64,000 nucleotides of DNA from Antedon mediterranea (GCF_964355755.1 NC_092674.1:24242001-24306000); one strand, 5' to 3'. Shown: positions 23,801 to 38,800, counted from the stretch's first letter. The notes: generated by a model not told the origin, from the letters alone. Made by a program: numbers and translations.

Positions 23801-26800
23801 TATAGTATAGAGTCCTATTATTGAAATCTCATTTACCGTCTGGCCTAGTTCAGTTTCTGCGAAATGCTTTGAACGCGTAAGTCAAAATGGGGTCGCCTTA
23901 TAAGGTCAAAACTTTATTGTTTTGTTGAGCCAAATGCAATTGTTCGTACCTTTAAATACCTAACTAACATTATACATTAAATATATCTTGCAGTGTTTTG
24001 GTTTGTAGCAAAAACTATAGTATAGAGTCCTATTATTGAAATCTCATTTACCGTCTGGCCTAGTTCAGTTTCTGCGAAATGCTTTGAACGCGTAAGTCAA
24101 AATGGGGTCGCCTTATAAGGTCAAAACTTTATTGTTTTGTTGAGCCAAATGCAATTGTTCGTACCTTTAAATACCTAACTAACATTATACATTAAATATA
24201 TCTTGCAGTGTTTTGGTTTGTAGCAAAAACTATAGTATAGAGTCCTATTATTGAAATCTCATTTACCGTCTGGCCTAGTTCAGTTTCTGCGAAATGCTTT
24301 GAACGCGTAAGTCAAAATGGGGTCGCCTTATAAGGTCAAAACTTTATTGTTTTGTTGAGCCAAATGCAATTGTTCGTACCTTTAAATACCTAACTAACAT
24401 TATACATTAAATATATCTTGCAGTGTTTTGGTTTGTAGCAAAAACTATAGTATAGAGTCCTATTATTGAAATCTCATTTACCGTCTGGCCTAGTTCAGTT
24501 TCTGCGAAATGCTTTGAACGCGAAAGTCAAAATGGGGTCGCCTTATAAGGTCAAAGTCAGCGTGAATGGACGACTGGTGACAGCAGCCTATCAACATTGT
24601 CATCAATCATTGTCGTCAATATGTTTGTGTCGTTAAGTTCCATAATTCATTGTTAATTAGACCGCAGCTCATTGTCAATTATGGCAAAGCAAACTACAAG
24701 GAGATAGAGAGTGTGAAAAGTGGAAATCGCTTCTTGTTGACACTTTCTTAAACATGGCTAAACAGCGATAATTTGTTGACCTTTCTGATCTATTTTTAAA
24801 TGTTTTGTGATATACTGATTTTATTTATGGCATAAATATAGAAGAAAGCGTAGTACACTATACGGTTTTGTTTTAAGGGATCTCATTTTAAATTAAAATC
24901 CAATTCTCAAACACTTTAAAAAAAATTAATAACTAAACCAACCTATAAAAGTACCGAAATCATTAAAACAACACTAAATTAAAAGTAAATTGATCAATAC
25001 TGCCGAAACCCAACTAATTGGACACGCCATATTTGGAAAATTATAAGTTTTAACTCTATGTTTAAAATATCTCTTTTTGACAAGTTAAAATTTGTTATAA
25101 GCAAGCAATGAAAAAAAAAGTGCATAAACAGTTAACGAGGATATAATGTCAGCAGTCCTAACAATAACTTTGTCTCGTATTATGATTATATTATTATTAT
25201 TATTATTCTACGTATAAACACTCACTGTGGTACCCAGCTAACTTTGTAGTTCAATGACTCTGTTTTCATAGCAAGTCGATCCTGAATTTGTAATATCGAG
25301 CCAAATCAACAATGGAAAGAAAATGTATCGAAAATGGAACGTGTGCAAAATTGCGCAAAATTTAATTCAGAAACGTCAACATAAATAGTCTAATACAAGA
25401 AAACATTCCACGGCAGTTTGATTAATTTCTTAATTGTTTTCATTACCAATCGATGCGGTAGTTTACCGATTTCAACCGGACATTTCCAACTTGAACAATT
25501 TTCAAAACCGTACAAAAGTTTTCAATTGATTTGCGTATAATAACTTCGATTTCAAAGGCGTTTCGTTCCATTAGCGCATTGACGCGAATTGGCGTGGTTA
25601 GATTTACGGGGCTAGATAATCGTGCGGTGTCTTTAAACTCGTGATATTATCTCTGAAGTCAGTTATGCAAGTTTAAATCATTTACGTGCGAACAACTTCA
25701 CAGATTTCTTCAGTCATATAGTGCATATCTTTTGTGTCTGTATTGTACAGGTAGTGTCACCAATATCTATCAATTCTATGGCGAATACATCACCTTTCTC
25801 ACCTTACAAGACTGTAAACAATCAACAAGTAATTGATCATAATATTATATAAAAACGTACTTTTACCAGATATTATTCGGTTAACTGGTTTTGTGAACAT
25901 TGAACTTTTGTTAAAAAACGTTGGTACGTCAAACTAACGAGATTTGGTAATCTCTTTATCAAAAGTTTTTTTTGCAAAAGTGTTGTAATCACTGCTTCTG
26001 CTTCTCAATCTTTTGATAAACATGTAGGGCCTCCAGTAAATGTTAAATTAATACTTTTTGAATTTAAAATATGATCCTCAACATCATAATGATTGTAATA
26101 CCACGGAGCTATAGCTCCATGGTAATACCACCATTCAATGATTATATAGTATTTTAAATTCAACCTGTAAACAGCAGAACGTAATTGACAAAAGCGTAAT
26201 TGATGTTTAACTTAAGAAAACAGAGCGTATTAATTGACGTAACGTAAACGTTTTAAATCAGCAGAACGTGCGTGATGGATAGGATTTTACTTCGTGCTTT
26301 TAAAATTCTAAGATTTGACCACCGTATTACTTTTCTTGTTTGAATCCGTTAGTAAGTCCCTTGTAATTAAGAAAATTGTTTTTGATTGAGTTCGACAAGA
26401 AGGGTCAGTGACCTATACTTCTTGTCCGAATACTGGACACTAATGTCCATTTGTCCTATAACAAGTGTTACCAACCAGGGACAAACTGACCGCAGTGCGT
26501 GCTCCTGGGGCAAATCCGTGAGATTTCCTAGCGGTCATACCTGAATTTAGGTCTGGTTTTCGTTTATGTCACACCCGTTGGCTAACAATCTGTAGGCATG
26601 GGTCTCTATAAATAATAACATTCTCTGGCCTAGTGCATTTCCCGAGGGTTTTAGGCTGTGTGTTTGTTCAGAGGAATGCTCGGAGCTAAAATACATCTTC
26701 TATCTGCCTATACAATACGGTATTAGGTTTTATGTCATCAAAGCAAACTGCCTTGCATATACAATTCAATTGTGTCAAAATTGGATGTCACCTCAAATAT

Positions 26801-29800
26801 TCTAAGCATATGAACTTAACTGGAACCAAACAGATTAAAAGAAAATAGATGAAATACCAGATTTACTAGCGCCAGTAGCTAATAGTAGCCTCGGTCACAT
26901 TAAGTTCATGACTGTCATTAAATCCAGTGGAATGTTATTGGCGTTTTTCATTTTCCACAATGTATTGTTCAACATTTTTTTTCATCAAAAAAAAAAAAGG
27001 ACAGTTTATATGTTTGCTTTTCGATTAGGTTTTTAGATTAAGATTGATTAGGATATACATATTGTATTTCACTGTAAAATAAAGACATACATTGTCATTA
27101 ATTGTTTTTATTGGGATGTAGCCTAGAGCTTTAGATAGAAGATTATCATGTATAGATGAAAAGAGAATTTATAACCGCGGAGAAATAAATAACTTACTTA
27201 ACTAACTAACTAACTAACTTATTTCTCCATGTGGTATGACACAACAAGCAGTCTGCAGAATTTTGATTTAGACTTGTCAGGAGAGACCTCTGGCATATCC
27301 AGATACTATAAATGTTCATAAACACAACCATTGATCGTCTTGTTTCCAAGCCCATGAGGTTAAAAATGGGACAAAAATCGTTATGAACTTTAGGCCAATA
27401 ATACCATCACTTCCTCTTGTACTTTAGTTTGAAAAGAGCACTTAGAATCTTAAATGTTGTCTCGACATAGTACTTTTTGTTTGTACTTTTTAGATTCTAT
27501 AATGTATTAGTCATGATTTTGGTGTCTGAAAATAGTTTCGAAAAACGACGTCTAGTCTGGTAATTATGTATCTATTATGTGCATATCTATTCTTGGAAGT
27601 AGGCCTACTATTCTTTCCACAATGATGTAGGCTTGCTGGGTTGCCGGAAAAATTGCCACAACCCCGGCGACGATCAGTGATCTCATTGCGGTTGAAACTC
27701 GTGTATCACCCGCCTGGCCACCCCATCGCGAATCTGTAACCATGTACATTGGGGTATGTTTCAAATATCCAATGCGGTCAATGGCAATTGATATGTGAAT
27801 ACAGATGAAATCTGTCAGGTTTATTGTCTATGCCTGACTGAAAAACAAGCATCGAATTAAAATTGTGGTCTGGGAGCTATTTATTTTGTTGGTCGGTATT
27901 TTGTTGTGATTTTTATAGTTAATTTTCAGGAAAGTTATTGAGCGAGTAATAACCATCGTGTGTGTCAATCATCGGTGCTCATACATTGTCAGTGATGAGT
28001 TTTGTAAACAAGACCACCGTCTAAATAATAACAACACAGTAATTATGACGCTGTTAATTGCTAATGACAGAACATATAACAATAACAACGAAACCACTCA
28101 CTAATTGTTGTTCTGTATCTTAATTTGTGGTGTTTTCATTCATCTCCATGGACGTATCAGAAAATGTTTATTATAGAGGGCGCCTCACATTTGTTTATAT
28201 TTTAACCAAGACCATCAAATTTGTTTTGATTGACAACGTCCATTTTAATTTACCATTTCCGTTATTCATTCAAATTGTTCAGTCCTGTATTGAAATCTAA
28301 TGTCAATCTTTAAATCCTTTCCTTGTATTTACAGTACGGTTGAACTAATCTTTTGGATTATTTTATATGCGCACTTGGCGTACCAAACTACTGTGTGTGT
28401 TTTATTGTAGCCTATTGTATTCATTTGTTACTAGTATAATAGAGACATAATTTGTTTAACATTGGAAGAGCCAACTAACCCCATTAATGGAACATCTCTT
28501 TTGGTAGATACGTTTTAAAATCCAAATTGCCAACTTATAAGAGAAATTTTTTAAACCATGGTCATATAAAACTGTCCTCCAGTCTCGGCAATGTCTTCTC
28601 CGGTAGTCTATACTTCTCTCCCCACCCTCCCCTATTTAATTTACACATACACCCGACTACGCCGCGGCGTTGTCAGGTCTTAGAGTTATTCTGCGCACGC
28701 TCAGTAGAAACATAATTAGTATGCGCAGAATGACTGTCTATGATACTCAAAAGCTTCATGGTCTTGTAGGTCAAAATGCACTTACCTATAAATTCGTTTC
28801 TCAGTCGAACTCTCTGGTCAATATTGTCTGTTTGAATCAGAATACAATTGATAAATGCTAAGATAGTTGTTTTATACGATGATGATTCTGCTACGTTTAA
28901 TTCGTCGACGATGAAACCGAACCGATAACGGCATTCGTTAGAATCCTGTCAACGAAATCAAATATAAAGTTAATAAATTAAAATATGGTAATTATTGTCT
29001 CTTGAACAAAACATAATGTTCATAACTGAACATAATTAAAATGCGGACCATACTTTTCTGTTATTTTGTTAACATATGTAAACAAATAGGCCACAGTACA
29101 TTAATTACTTTTACAGCTTTATTACTGTGAGGGCTATAATACCCTACTCAAAGAAACGAAATAAATAAAATAGGTATACAGTATAGGTATTATTTTATTG
29201 AATTTTAATTTAACAAAACTAATATTTAATATACCGTACCTATTAAAAAAGTTTACTATGAAAAATGTGACTTTCGATACAGTGAAAACTTTTGCATACG
29301 TTGAGGGCGGTATGACATTTTATTTTATCTTATGCCGTCAGTGAGACACAAGACGTCTATGTTCACGTTAAAATATCATCCTGTCAAATCCGCAACCGCT
29401 AGGAAATCCACCCCACTCCTGGACCTTGCTTCTTTTCTTTGGTGTTTGAGGGTTGTGCCCGGTAGTCGTCCTTGTTTATATGCATAGGGCTACCGTTTTC
29501 AGAGTCACGTGTAGGCCTGTTTTCAAACGTCAGAGTTTCAACTGTTTTTCAAAAACCTAATAATACGTTCACTTTACAATAGGCATTTTTATATATATAT
29601 CTGAGGCCTACTGTACTAGAAACTTTGACCGCTAAAAACGGCCCTTGTTTAACATGATATTAAGCATGTTTCATTTTCTACCTTCTAGGGTTTCAAAGTC
29701 ACATTTGTTCATAACGACCTGACTAATCTATTCAGTCCGAGAAGTTCACCATTTTCAATGGCGTTTGACAGAGATAAACCCTACACTATCAAACCAAATA

Positions 29801-32800
29801 GCGTCATGATCGTTAGGAAAGCTACCCCTTGTTTGATTCAATAAAGCCATGATCTTTTAAGTGTCTTCCTAAATCCGCCAATAACTCCTCTTCAAACAAA
29901 TCAGCCGTTTTGTGTCATTGATAGGTCAGGTCCGGTAGGTCAAACCATTCGGCCGAAATAAACCAGTTGATCGTATAAAATCTGGCCAACCCTTCCAATA
30001 GAAACTGTTTAATGGAGAAGCTATCCAAACGTACACAACATACATAATATGTATAATGTATATGTATTATAAATCCAAATAAAGGACATAGACCTAGACC
30101 ATTGAAATCAAAATAGTTTGTCCCTAATATCTAGTTGGTTGGTTGCCTTGGTTTACCCGTATTTGGGGGAACTTTTGGGTTCCTAAGTTACCCTTGATAA
30201 AGTAATGCTTTAATAGGGGTTTTGTATGTAACATTTAACAACTAATAACAACTCCTGCTTATCCCGATTCTCGTTATGGTCTTTACAAGAAAAGTTAGCC
30301 TTAAAAGTAGAGTAAAGCAATATGCAGTACAGTAGGGCCTACTTAGTTCAAGAGAAGTTCCGTGTGATTGTTGAAACTATAGGGTGCGTGTGCTAACGAC
30401 TTTAAATATTATTTAATATTCTGTCAAAAATGGAGAAAAATTTCATTCGTTTTGGCTTTCACCGGGGCGCTTATTCCCCCTGCTCTTAATTGAGGGCCTA
30501 ACGTTTAATTTTAAAAGAAAACTTATACAATTATGAAATCGTATAAGTATAAATCATAAATCGTTATCAATCGCGTGCCAAAAGTGTAAGTTTAGTTGTC
30601 ATTTTGTATATTAGATCAAGGACATTGAGGTATTGTATAGGTTGCGCTTTTCAAATTGAATGGCCAACACACACCTTTTATATTATTTTTAATAGGAAAA
30701 CCCGAATGAATGAAAAGGATGATTCAAATAATTTGGCTTTTGAGGAGGGTTGTTGTACTTTCATGTCTGTAACGGCTATAGCGTACCACCACAGTACAGC
30801 TTAAAATATTAGGCCTAGGCCTATATGAGATTAATAACATGTTATTCAAAGTCAGTTGTGATTGATTGTTCACTGAGACTGGGTATGTTATAATACGATA
30901 TTTTACCCTTGCCTAGACCACATCATTCATCAAACCAAACCCATTTAAACATTAAACGTTCATTTGTCATCCTGATTCTTCTGACGATTTCTTTGTTTTA
31001 ACCAACATAGATAAATGATAAGTTATGATATAGCATGTGGCTGTATGAAATTGAATAGTCCTAGATAGCATTTTATTATTTCACAGACTGCACCTACTTA
31101 ACCCCATGCCCGACGAAAGCCACTGTTTAACTACACCTGCCACTACTCTCAGCCGCACTGGCTGCATATCTGACGGTATACGTCCGTTGACACCTGGAGA
31201 TCGGTGGCCCCGACCCAAACGCCTGTAAAGACGTTAAGCGTCCTGTTGCGCACCATGTCACAGTGTGAAGATAGTGTCTACAATTAGCACTATATGCCTT
31301 ATACTACTTGATATAGATCTGCTTATAATGTATATACAGTAAAATATTCACATACTATTCATTTAATTGAAAAAATGTACCTTCAATTAAGAAAGCAGAT
31401 TGTCTTCACAATTATAATATGTACGCTTACAACGCATTATTATTCTGTGTTCAAGCTTTGAATTTGATATTTATCAGATAATTATGAGCGGTTCTTAAAA
31501 AATCCAGGAAAACAGTTTCATAATTAAATTGAATGAAAATTCTTATGATAGCGTCGTACTATTACGTCATGTCATTCGCGGCCGTTGTCATTCTCTGGCG
31601 TAGACCTACTTTTTTTCTTGTTCGTTCTTTCTCGATAAATCAAAACAGAAGGCTGCATTATCTTTAACTCATCTTTAAACAATTATTTAATTATGTTTCT
31701 TTTTCATTTAATTAATCGCGGAAACTCTGTATTGTGACGTCATGGTGCTGTTTTATTCAAAGACACTTCTAAACATTGTTTTTTTTTAGTCAACCTTTAA
31801 TACTACTCGAAATACTTCGATAAACCGTATAATGAATACTGACAATGGACCAACTGTCGAGGGTTACTTGAGTTTTACCTCGAATTTAATTTGTTCTCAT
31901 TATTGACAATAACTCACCAACCAAATAAAAGAAAGATTTTAAAGATTTACATACTTATTTACAAAAACTACCCCTCGTTTAAAATCAATTAGATATCGTT
32001 CTGCTCTTTTTTACGTTACAGATTCTACGTGGGGCCAGCTAGACGCGGTTTTCTGCTTACCGTTACCGCTTGTCTGTGTAAATTTGCCTTTTGCTCTACA
32101 ATTACCATTAACGACGACGATATAATGGAATATTCCAAAACTCGATGATCTGAGACACAGTTACCGTATTCATTTAATTATACTATTTTATTTCAGTGAG
32201 TACCGTAGGCTACATACAAAAGTACAAATGTATGAAATAGGCAGTGCCAAGTGAACCTATATTTAGTATGTAGCGATTATGCTAGCTCCGCATTAATATG
32301 CCTACTCGACTTACCTTATAGTGTTCGATGGCGTCAATGGCACGACTATACCCATCTTGGGAGTAAAGGCAGAGAGCCGACAGCAACTCAAAAACCTGTT
32401 TTTTAACGCTAACGTTATCCGCATTCAAAGCTGTAAATAAAAAATAATGGTGCATAAGTTTTTATAATGAAACAACTTTAACCATCCTACAGTATCTGGT
32501 CTTATAACAGCAACATTTATCACATATGGGATGCTGTAATACTAGTGTGATACCGTGAGAATCGGTCACAATTGTAGTTGGAACCGTCTATAATGATTTT
32601 TTAGTTCAAATATTATAGAATGAGATAGACTTTAATCAAGTACATTGGAAATATGGTACACATATTTGTAAAGAATGGGTTGGTGGGACGGTGACGGTTG
32701 GAAGTGCCCACGCACACAACTCGAGACTACACCAATCATGATAACCAAATGCCTAAAACGTAACGTGAATAACACACACAAATGTTGGGCCAGAAATGAT

Positions 32801-35800
32801 TATAGGTCTGCGACTATAAAACAAGATAGATATAAGGCCTGCAATTGTGTTTTTTTGTTTTTAATTTAAAAAAAATGGAGTATAATACCATACTGAGTTA
32901 TGAGAAGAAGCGCACATCGCGTGATTTTACGCTTGCCTAACTCTGACGATTGTTTTATAAACGCACAAGTCATAACTATATCCTTTTTGCAAATGAATGA
33001 AATTAATAAACCCTATTGAAGATTTATACGCCCGGAGTATACAGCTGTAGGCGAAATCTGTAATACAAAAAGAAAATAGTACTATCTATATATTGTATAA
33101 TTGTCGGTATGTCGAGGTCATGGTTATAGATTGAGATGAGTGAATCACTAGTATAGCCGTACTGTATACAAAGCCCCACGACGCCAACGTACTGTAGAAT
33201 TTAACACAAAACTCTTACAATAATACTATTTATAATATTATTTATAATAAAATTAAATTATTCAGTAACCAGTATTCGAACCTAATCTCTTCAGGGCCGT
33301 ATATCGATGCCTTACTTCCTTCCCCCTTAGGCTTTACAGTAACCCTTTGGAAGTCGTCATGGGTTCAACTATGTTCAATGTGAGAGAGTTAAATAAGGGG
33401 ATTTAGGCCACGGAGGAATACATTTTCACCACTGTTTATAATTTGTCTTAAACTCTTAAGCGCTGTCTACACTTTTAAACTAGGTTGACAAAAAAAATTG
33501 TGATGTAGGCCTAGGCCTACCCAAATATGTAGTGATATGCTCAGATATGGTAGCGATAAACCATCATGTCCTTATATCATACATCACATTTCTTGTCACA
33601 TAAAATTTGATGTAGACAGGGCTTTACCCAATCTATGTACATGTTTTCTATTTAGAACCGTCGCTTGGAAATGATTGGTCAAATTATTTGCGTTTTGTAC
33701 GTAGCTTACTTGGTTCTTCCTAGGTGGAAACCATTTTACACAAACTAACTTGTTGGACTCTAGAGCCAATCAGAAGTTTGGGCCTAATGCATGATTCGAT
33801 GTCGATAGGATTTTATCATAAAAGTTCTGGCATACTTTATATTTTGCTTTTGTCTTAGTTAGTTTTCTCAAGTTTTCTCAAGGTTTGCATGGCGAAATAA
33901 AATGTTGCGGTACACAACGTATTAGTTCTAAAGAGAACTGTTGAGTTTCTCGACGTTTCGATCAATATGTTTTCATTGTCCTCAGGAGGGATAATGCAGA
34001 AAGTCCAGGAAACTGGAAATATAAGTGGAATAGGGTGGAACTGGTGTGAAAGCTAGAAACAATAGCAAGTTCACACAGTGGCAATGTTTTTCAACATTGT
34101 TTCATATGCATTTTAATTTAATGAACAGGACACTTTATATCAGTTCTATTTTAAAGGCCAGGTGCGGGCAAAAAATTTCTATTGATCATACATTCCAATA
34201 ATAATCAATCTATAGTTTTCCCTATGTTTCATAATTTTTGGGATTTTATTTGTGTTACACGAGCTTGTTGAAAATAAGCACTTTCATATCAGTGGGGGGA
34301 TAGTTCAAATTACACAGTAAAATCTCTATTCTTTTGTACACAAATTTTGAAATAGAGAGGCATTTTAAAAAGCTATGAAAAATAAATGGTGTGGTAAAAA
34401 ATGACTAAATGATGGTAATATAACTTGAATATTACATTTCTGATATTTTTATTCAACTTCAGATTTTTATTTTCATGCTACAGCAAAAATTATCCACCGT
34501 ATATCCACCGTCTTTTTTCACCGTCTAGGGAGTCACCAGACATGTTATTACATTAGGTTAACTATCTAACTACTGAAAAAAAGTCTTACTGGTTTTTATT
34601 GAAGAATTTTGCCAAATTTTGTATTTGACCATATTAAGAGAAATTCATGTTTTTTCGTCTCGATTTCTGTTACAAATATTTGATTTATGTACAATTAACC
34701 AAATATTATATTTAAAATTCATGCCTGTACCGGAGCTTTAAGACCTGCACGGGTGATTCTCTTTAAAGATGATTAATAAAATTAATTAATTAAATGGAAG
34801 CATCATTATTAAAGCAGGGAAGAGTGAATCCCTTTAAAGGGTGTACTTCTGAAACTTACCACAGTTTTATTTTTCATGTTTAAGTTCGGAGGTACATCAA
34901 AGTTATATCGGAGTTAACGATACGGAGTTAACTGGACAGACCAGCACTTTTCGGTTGTAAAGGCCTAACTCAGATATGATGCGGATCACCTTTAATGCGT
35001 GTAAACTATAATAGGTACAATACACCATTTAATAGTTATATAAAATTTTCCCAAAACCTTTAGAGACCAAAGTTCACATTTGTTGTGTCTGGTACATGGT
35101 TTAATTTATTGAATTATATTACCTCAACAAAACTGCATGAATGCATGAATAGAGTTAAACCATTCTTCTGGTCTTTGTGCCCAGCGCAACAATGTACGCC
35201 TCTCGAACATTTTCAATAGTATCGCTTTTCATATGTTGTATCCGATCACTAAATGCATTTTACGCGTTTTATCACAGGTCTTAGCAGATAGAAAGAGTCG
35301 GTCGTGCCAGCTGGGCAGACGATTTCGCACATGGCTGACCGATGTGCTTGCAACGTTGCCTGCCGCTTTAAACTAGGCTTAATTTTAAGGGTGAATTTGA
35401 CAATGAGTTCACGACCAATTGAAGGATCAAAACGATTCATTTCGGCTGATTGAAAGCAATGTGTGTGCAATTGGGAAACCATGTAAGTTATCGAATAAAA
35501 AAAGTTTTTAAAATAATTAGTCGAACGATAATGAATTTGAAGTCAAGTAGGTTTCTATAATAACAATGTGGTCTTTCATTTTTTAGGCCTATCAGCATAA
35601 AATATAACAATACAACAAGTGCAGACAAATTGTAGCAATTTATCGTCGTTATAATGTGGCCCTCAAAATATTTGTGTACTAAAGGCTTTTTCAAAACGTA
35701 TGAGATAAATGACCGTTTACACAGTGCCTTCATTTAAGTAATATTTCATACGTGAACATCGTGTTGATAGCTGTTGTAAGAAGTAACGTTACCGTCTAAT

Positions 35801-38800
35801 GCAATTGAAAAAGATTGAGTACTAGGTTACAGCTGTATAACGAATAAATAATATTCTTCATGTGACACAACGATCAAATTACACATCTAAAAATAGAAAT
35901 GTACAAAGTCCAACAGTGTAAAAAGGTCTTTACCTAGTAGCATTAACATGAGTCATTGGTTAAATACCGGTATACATTAATGTTATTTTGCAGACGGGAC
36001 CCAGTAAAACCATTCGACGTTAGCATGCCATGATCTTTTACCTAGCCTGTCAACAAACAAATACGCTGGATTGAGAATTAGTTAGGCCTACTGATGTCTT
36101 CTTCATTGTCCTTTCCGGACAATATCCACGCACGTTTCGTACCTAAGGGTTGCCTCCGGGGTTCCATCCACCCAATTCTGCAGCTGTCACTAGATAGATT
36201 CTAACTGACTATCGCAAGTCAGCTATAAACCAGTTGAGCTATAAATACTTAATACGTAGTAGGTTACCGTATACAGTATTTGCAAATGAGGTATTATATC
36301 AGTTTGTGTATTACATTTTATTTTTCTAGTAATAATAATACCCAATGAACCAGAAGAGTTAGACATGTTATACATACGGTATATTCACGTTATACCTTGC
36401 AGATAGAAACTACAAAATAGTTATAACTAATTTTAGTCAGTTAGAACCTGTTTAGTGAAAGCTGCAGAATTGAGTGTGTTGGTGGTTGAGAGCTGGAGTA
36501 TTTCTGGCGACCTAAACTCTTCTCTTAAAGAATTGTTGTAAATTCCCAAGAGTTTCAAAGTGACAGAGCAACAAATAAGGCAATTGCAGTAAACATTGTT
36601 TATATCTATGAATGGTTTAAAGTCTACTGGGGATACAATTGTATTAAATGTCTTAATGAATAATGGGACTTATACGACAATCCAGAATTGACATCCATAT
36701 TGGTCCCTTAAGGAAAGTCAACTGAAAACAAATGCATATTACTAGTGATTTTTTAACAACAATATTGGGTCGATCTTTTCGTAAACGCTAATTTAAACAG
36801 ACGAGCGGTAACGGTAAGCGAAAAACCGCATAACTTGTACATGTCCCACGTAGAATATACAGTATGTATCTATCCTCAGCAGCGGAAACCGCCCGTCCGC
36901 TCCGCGCCTAGTGTAAACGATCATAAGGAATAACAAACATAGTTTCTATATTTCCCGTTACCGCTCGTCTGTGTAAATTGGCCTTTAGACATCCACCAGA
37001 ACGATATACCTGATGGTATTTCGGACTGTAGCATGTGAAAGGATGGGTTTAAGTGTAAATTGCTTGTAGAAGCAGGATACTCCTCGGCCGTCGTTGGTCC
37101 AAAATACATATTGCACATATGCTCAATAAAAAGCTTCGCACTAAAGTGTTGACAATTTTACGCGGTAAACAAAGTTGTTTATCATATTCTCGGTAATAAT
37201 TAATACACTGGAATGATAACAATATTTGTCAGCAAAATATGGAATAGACGAGAATATGTTTGAATTTAAGATTAACCGGACGATGAATCAATGAATATAC
37301 AGAGTTGGAGTGATAGCAGACACGAATTAAATTTACGCCTGCCTACGCGGCTGCAGCACCAATATTGTAATATTCAACACCACCTTAAAAACAATCATAG
37401 GGCGTGATCTCAAGAGGAATAACCCACTTCACTACGAGAAGAACCCCATTGTAAAATATCAGGGATGAATCATAAATCATGAATTATCAACACGATAGCA
37501 CGAGACACGAACCTTTAACTTACATCTGGGCACCCTTAAAGGGAGGTTTATAGATGCGGTGGAGTGTCCCATTGAGTGTGCTCTGTCTACAATTATCAAA
37601 CTAGTTTGATGTGCCCAAATAATTATGGTAATGATATGTTTAAATATGGTAGTGATATGACATCACCATGTCCATATATGGGCACATCAATTTTTTGTTG
37701 TCACATCAAGTTTGATAGTGTAGAAAGAATAGCTTGTTATCTCTTTCAATCGTGATTAATACTATATATAACACAATTTTAAGCCGCTGCAATATTGTAA
37801 TACCGGTAAGTCGTTTACAATAATAATCCCAGTGGTGTTCCATTGGAAACCACCACACCACAATTATGTCCAAGTATCTCAAGTCTATTGTTCGTCGGCA
37901 GAGGTTGAATTCCTGGATTGGTTTGACGCGTTATTGAATTCGTTACGAGAAACCGCAGAAGATATTGTTGTTGTCAATTAATAAATACTAACGATTTAAA
38001 TATATTGAAAAGAATAGTATGAACAGAAACGTCATTTAGTGATCGCTGGTTTTTCTATCACTTTTACCATATAAAGACCAAGTTACACAGACGAGCGGTA
38101 CGGTAAATCCATATAGAATCTGTTTTATTCCTTATGACCATTTTTTTTTACGCGGAGCGGACGGGCGGTTTCCGCTCAGGATAAATACAGATTCTACGTG
38201 GGACAAGCTGCGCGGTTTTCCTACCGTTAGCGCTCATCTGTGTAAATTGGACTTTATTGCGAAGATCTTTTTAAACTCTACAAAAATTAACTGTATATTT
38301 TGTATTCGCTCTGCATAAATGCAGCTCATTAAAAAAATAAAAATATCAGATAATTAGAATAGTGGCTTATATACAGCAACCTTATCGTTTAATAGTGTTA
38401 CTATTCTAGGTTCTAGAACGAAATTAGTATAAAGATAAATATTTTAGCAAAATGGCGTTTCATACGTATTATACAAGAGATTGCGTGTATATGTCGGTAC
38501 TGCGCGTCTCCTTCACGTATATGGTATTATCTTTCATCACAATTCGCATAGGCCATACTATAGAAGTTGAGATGAGTTACCGAGTAGGCCTAAATCATAT
38601 TATTTTATGAATTTGGTAAATTATTTCATAAGTCTATTATATATAATATGGGCAGCTTTTAACCCTTATGTTTGCCCATATTATATTATGAACATGATGA
38701 TGTCATATCACTACCATTCCATATTTGGGCACATCACACTTTTTTTGCCCAAACTAGTTTGATAGTGTAGACAAAGCTTAAGAGAATAATACTGTTATTG

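Noticed and set aside
23694-24555. Tandem ncRNA gene cluster (5S, snRNA, SL RNA)
   Set aside because: No Pol III boxes, Sm site or recognisable RNA sequence in the 215-bp unit.
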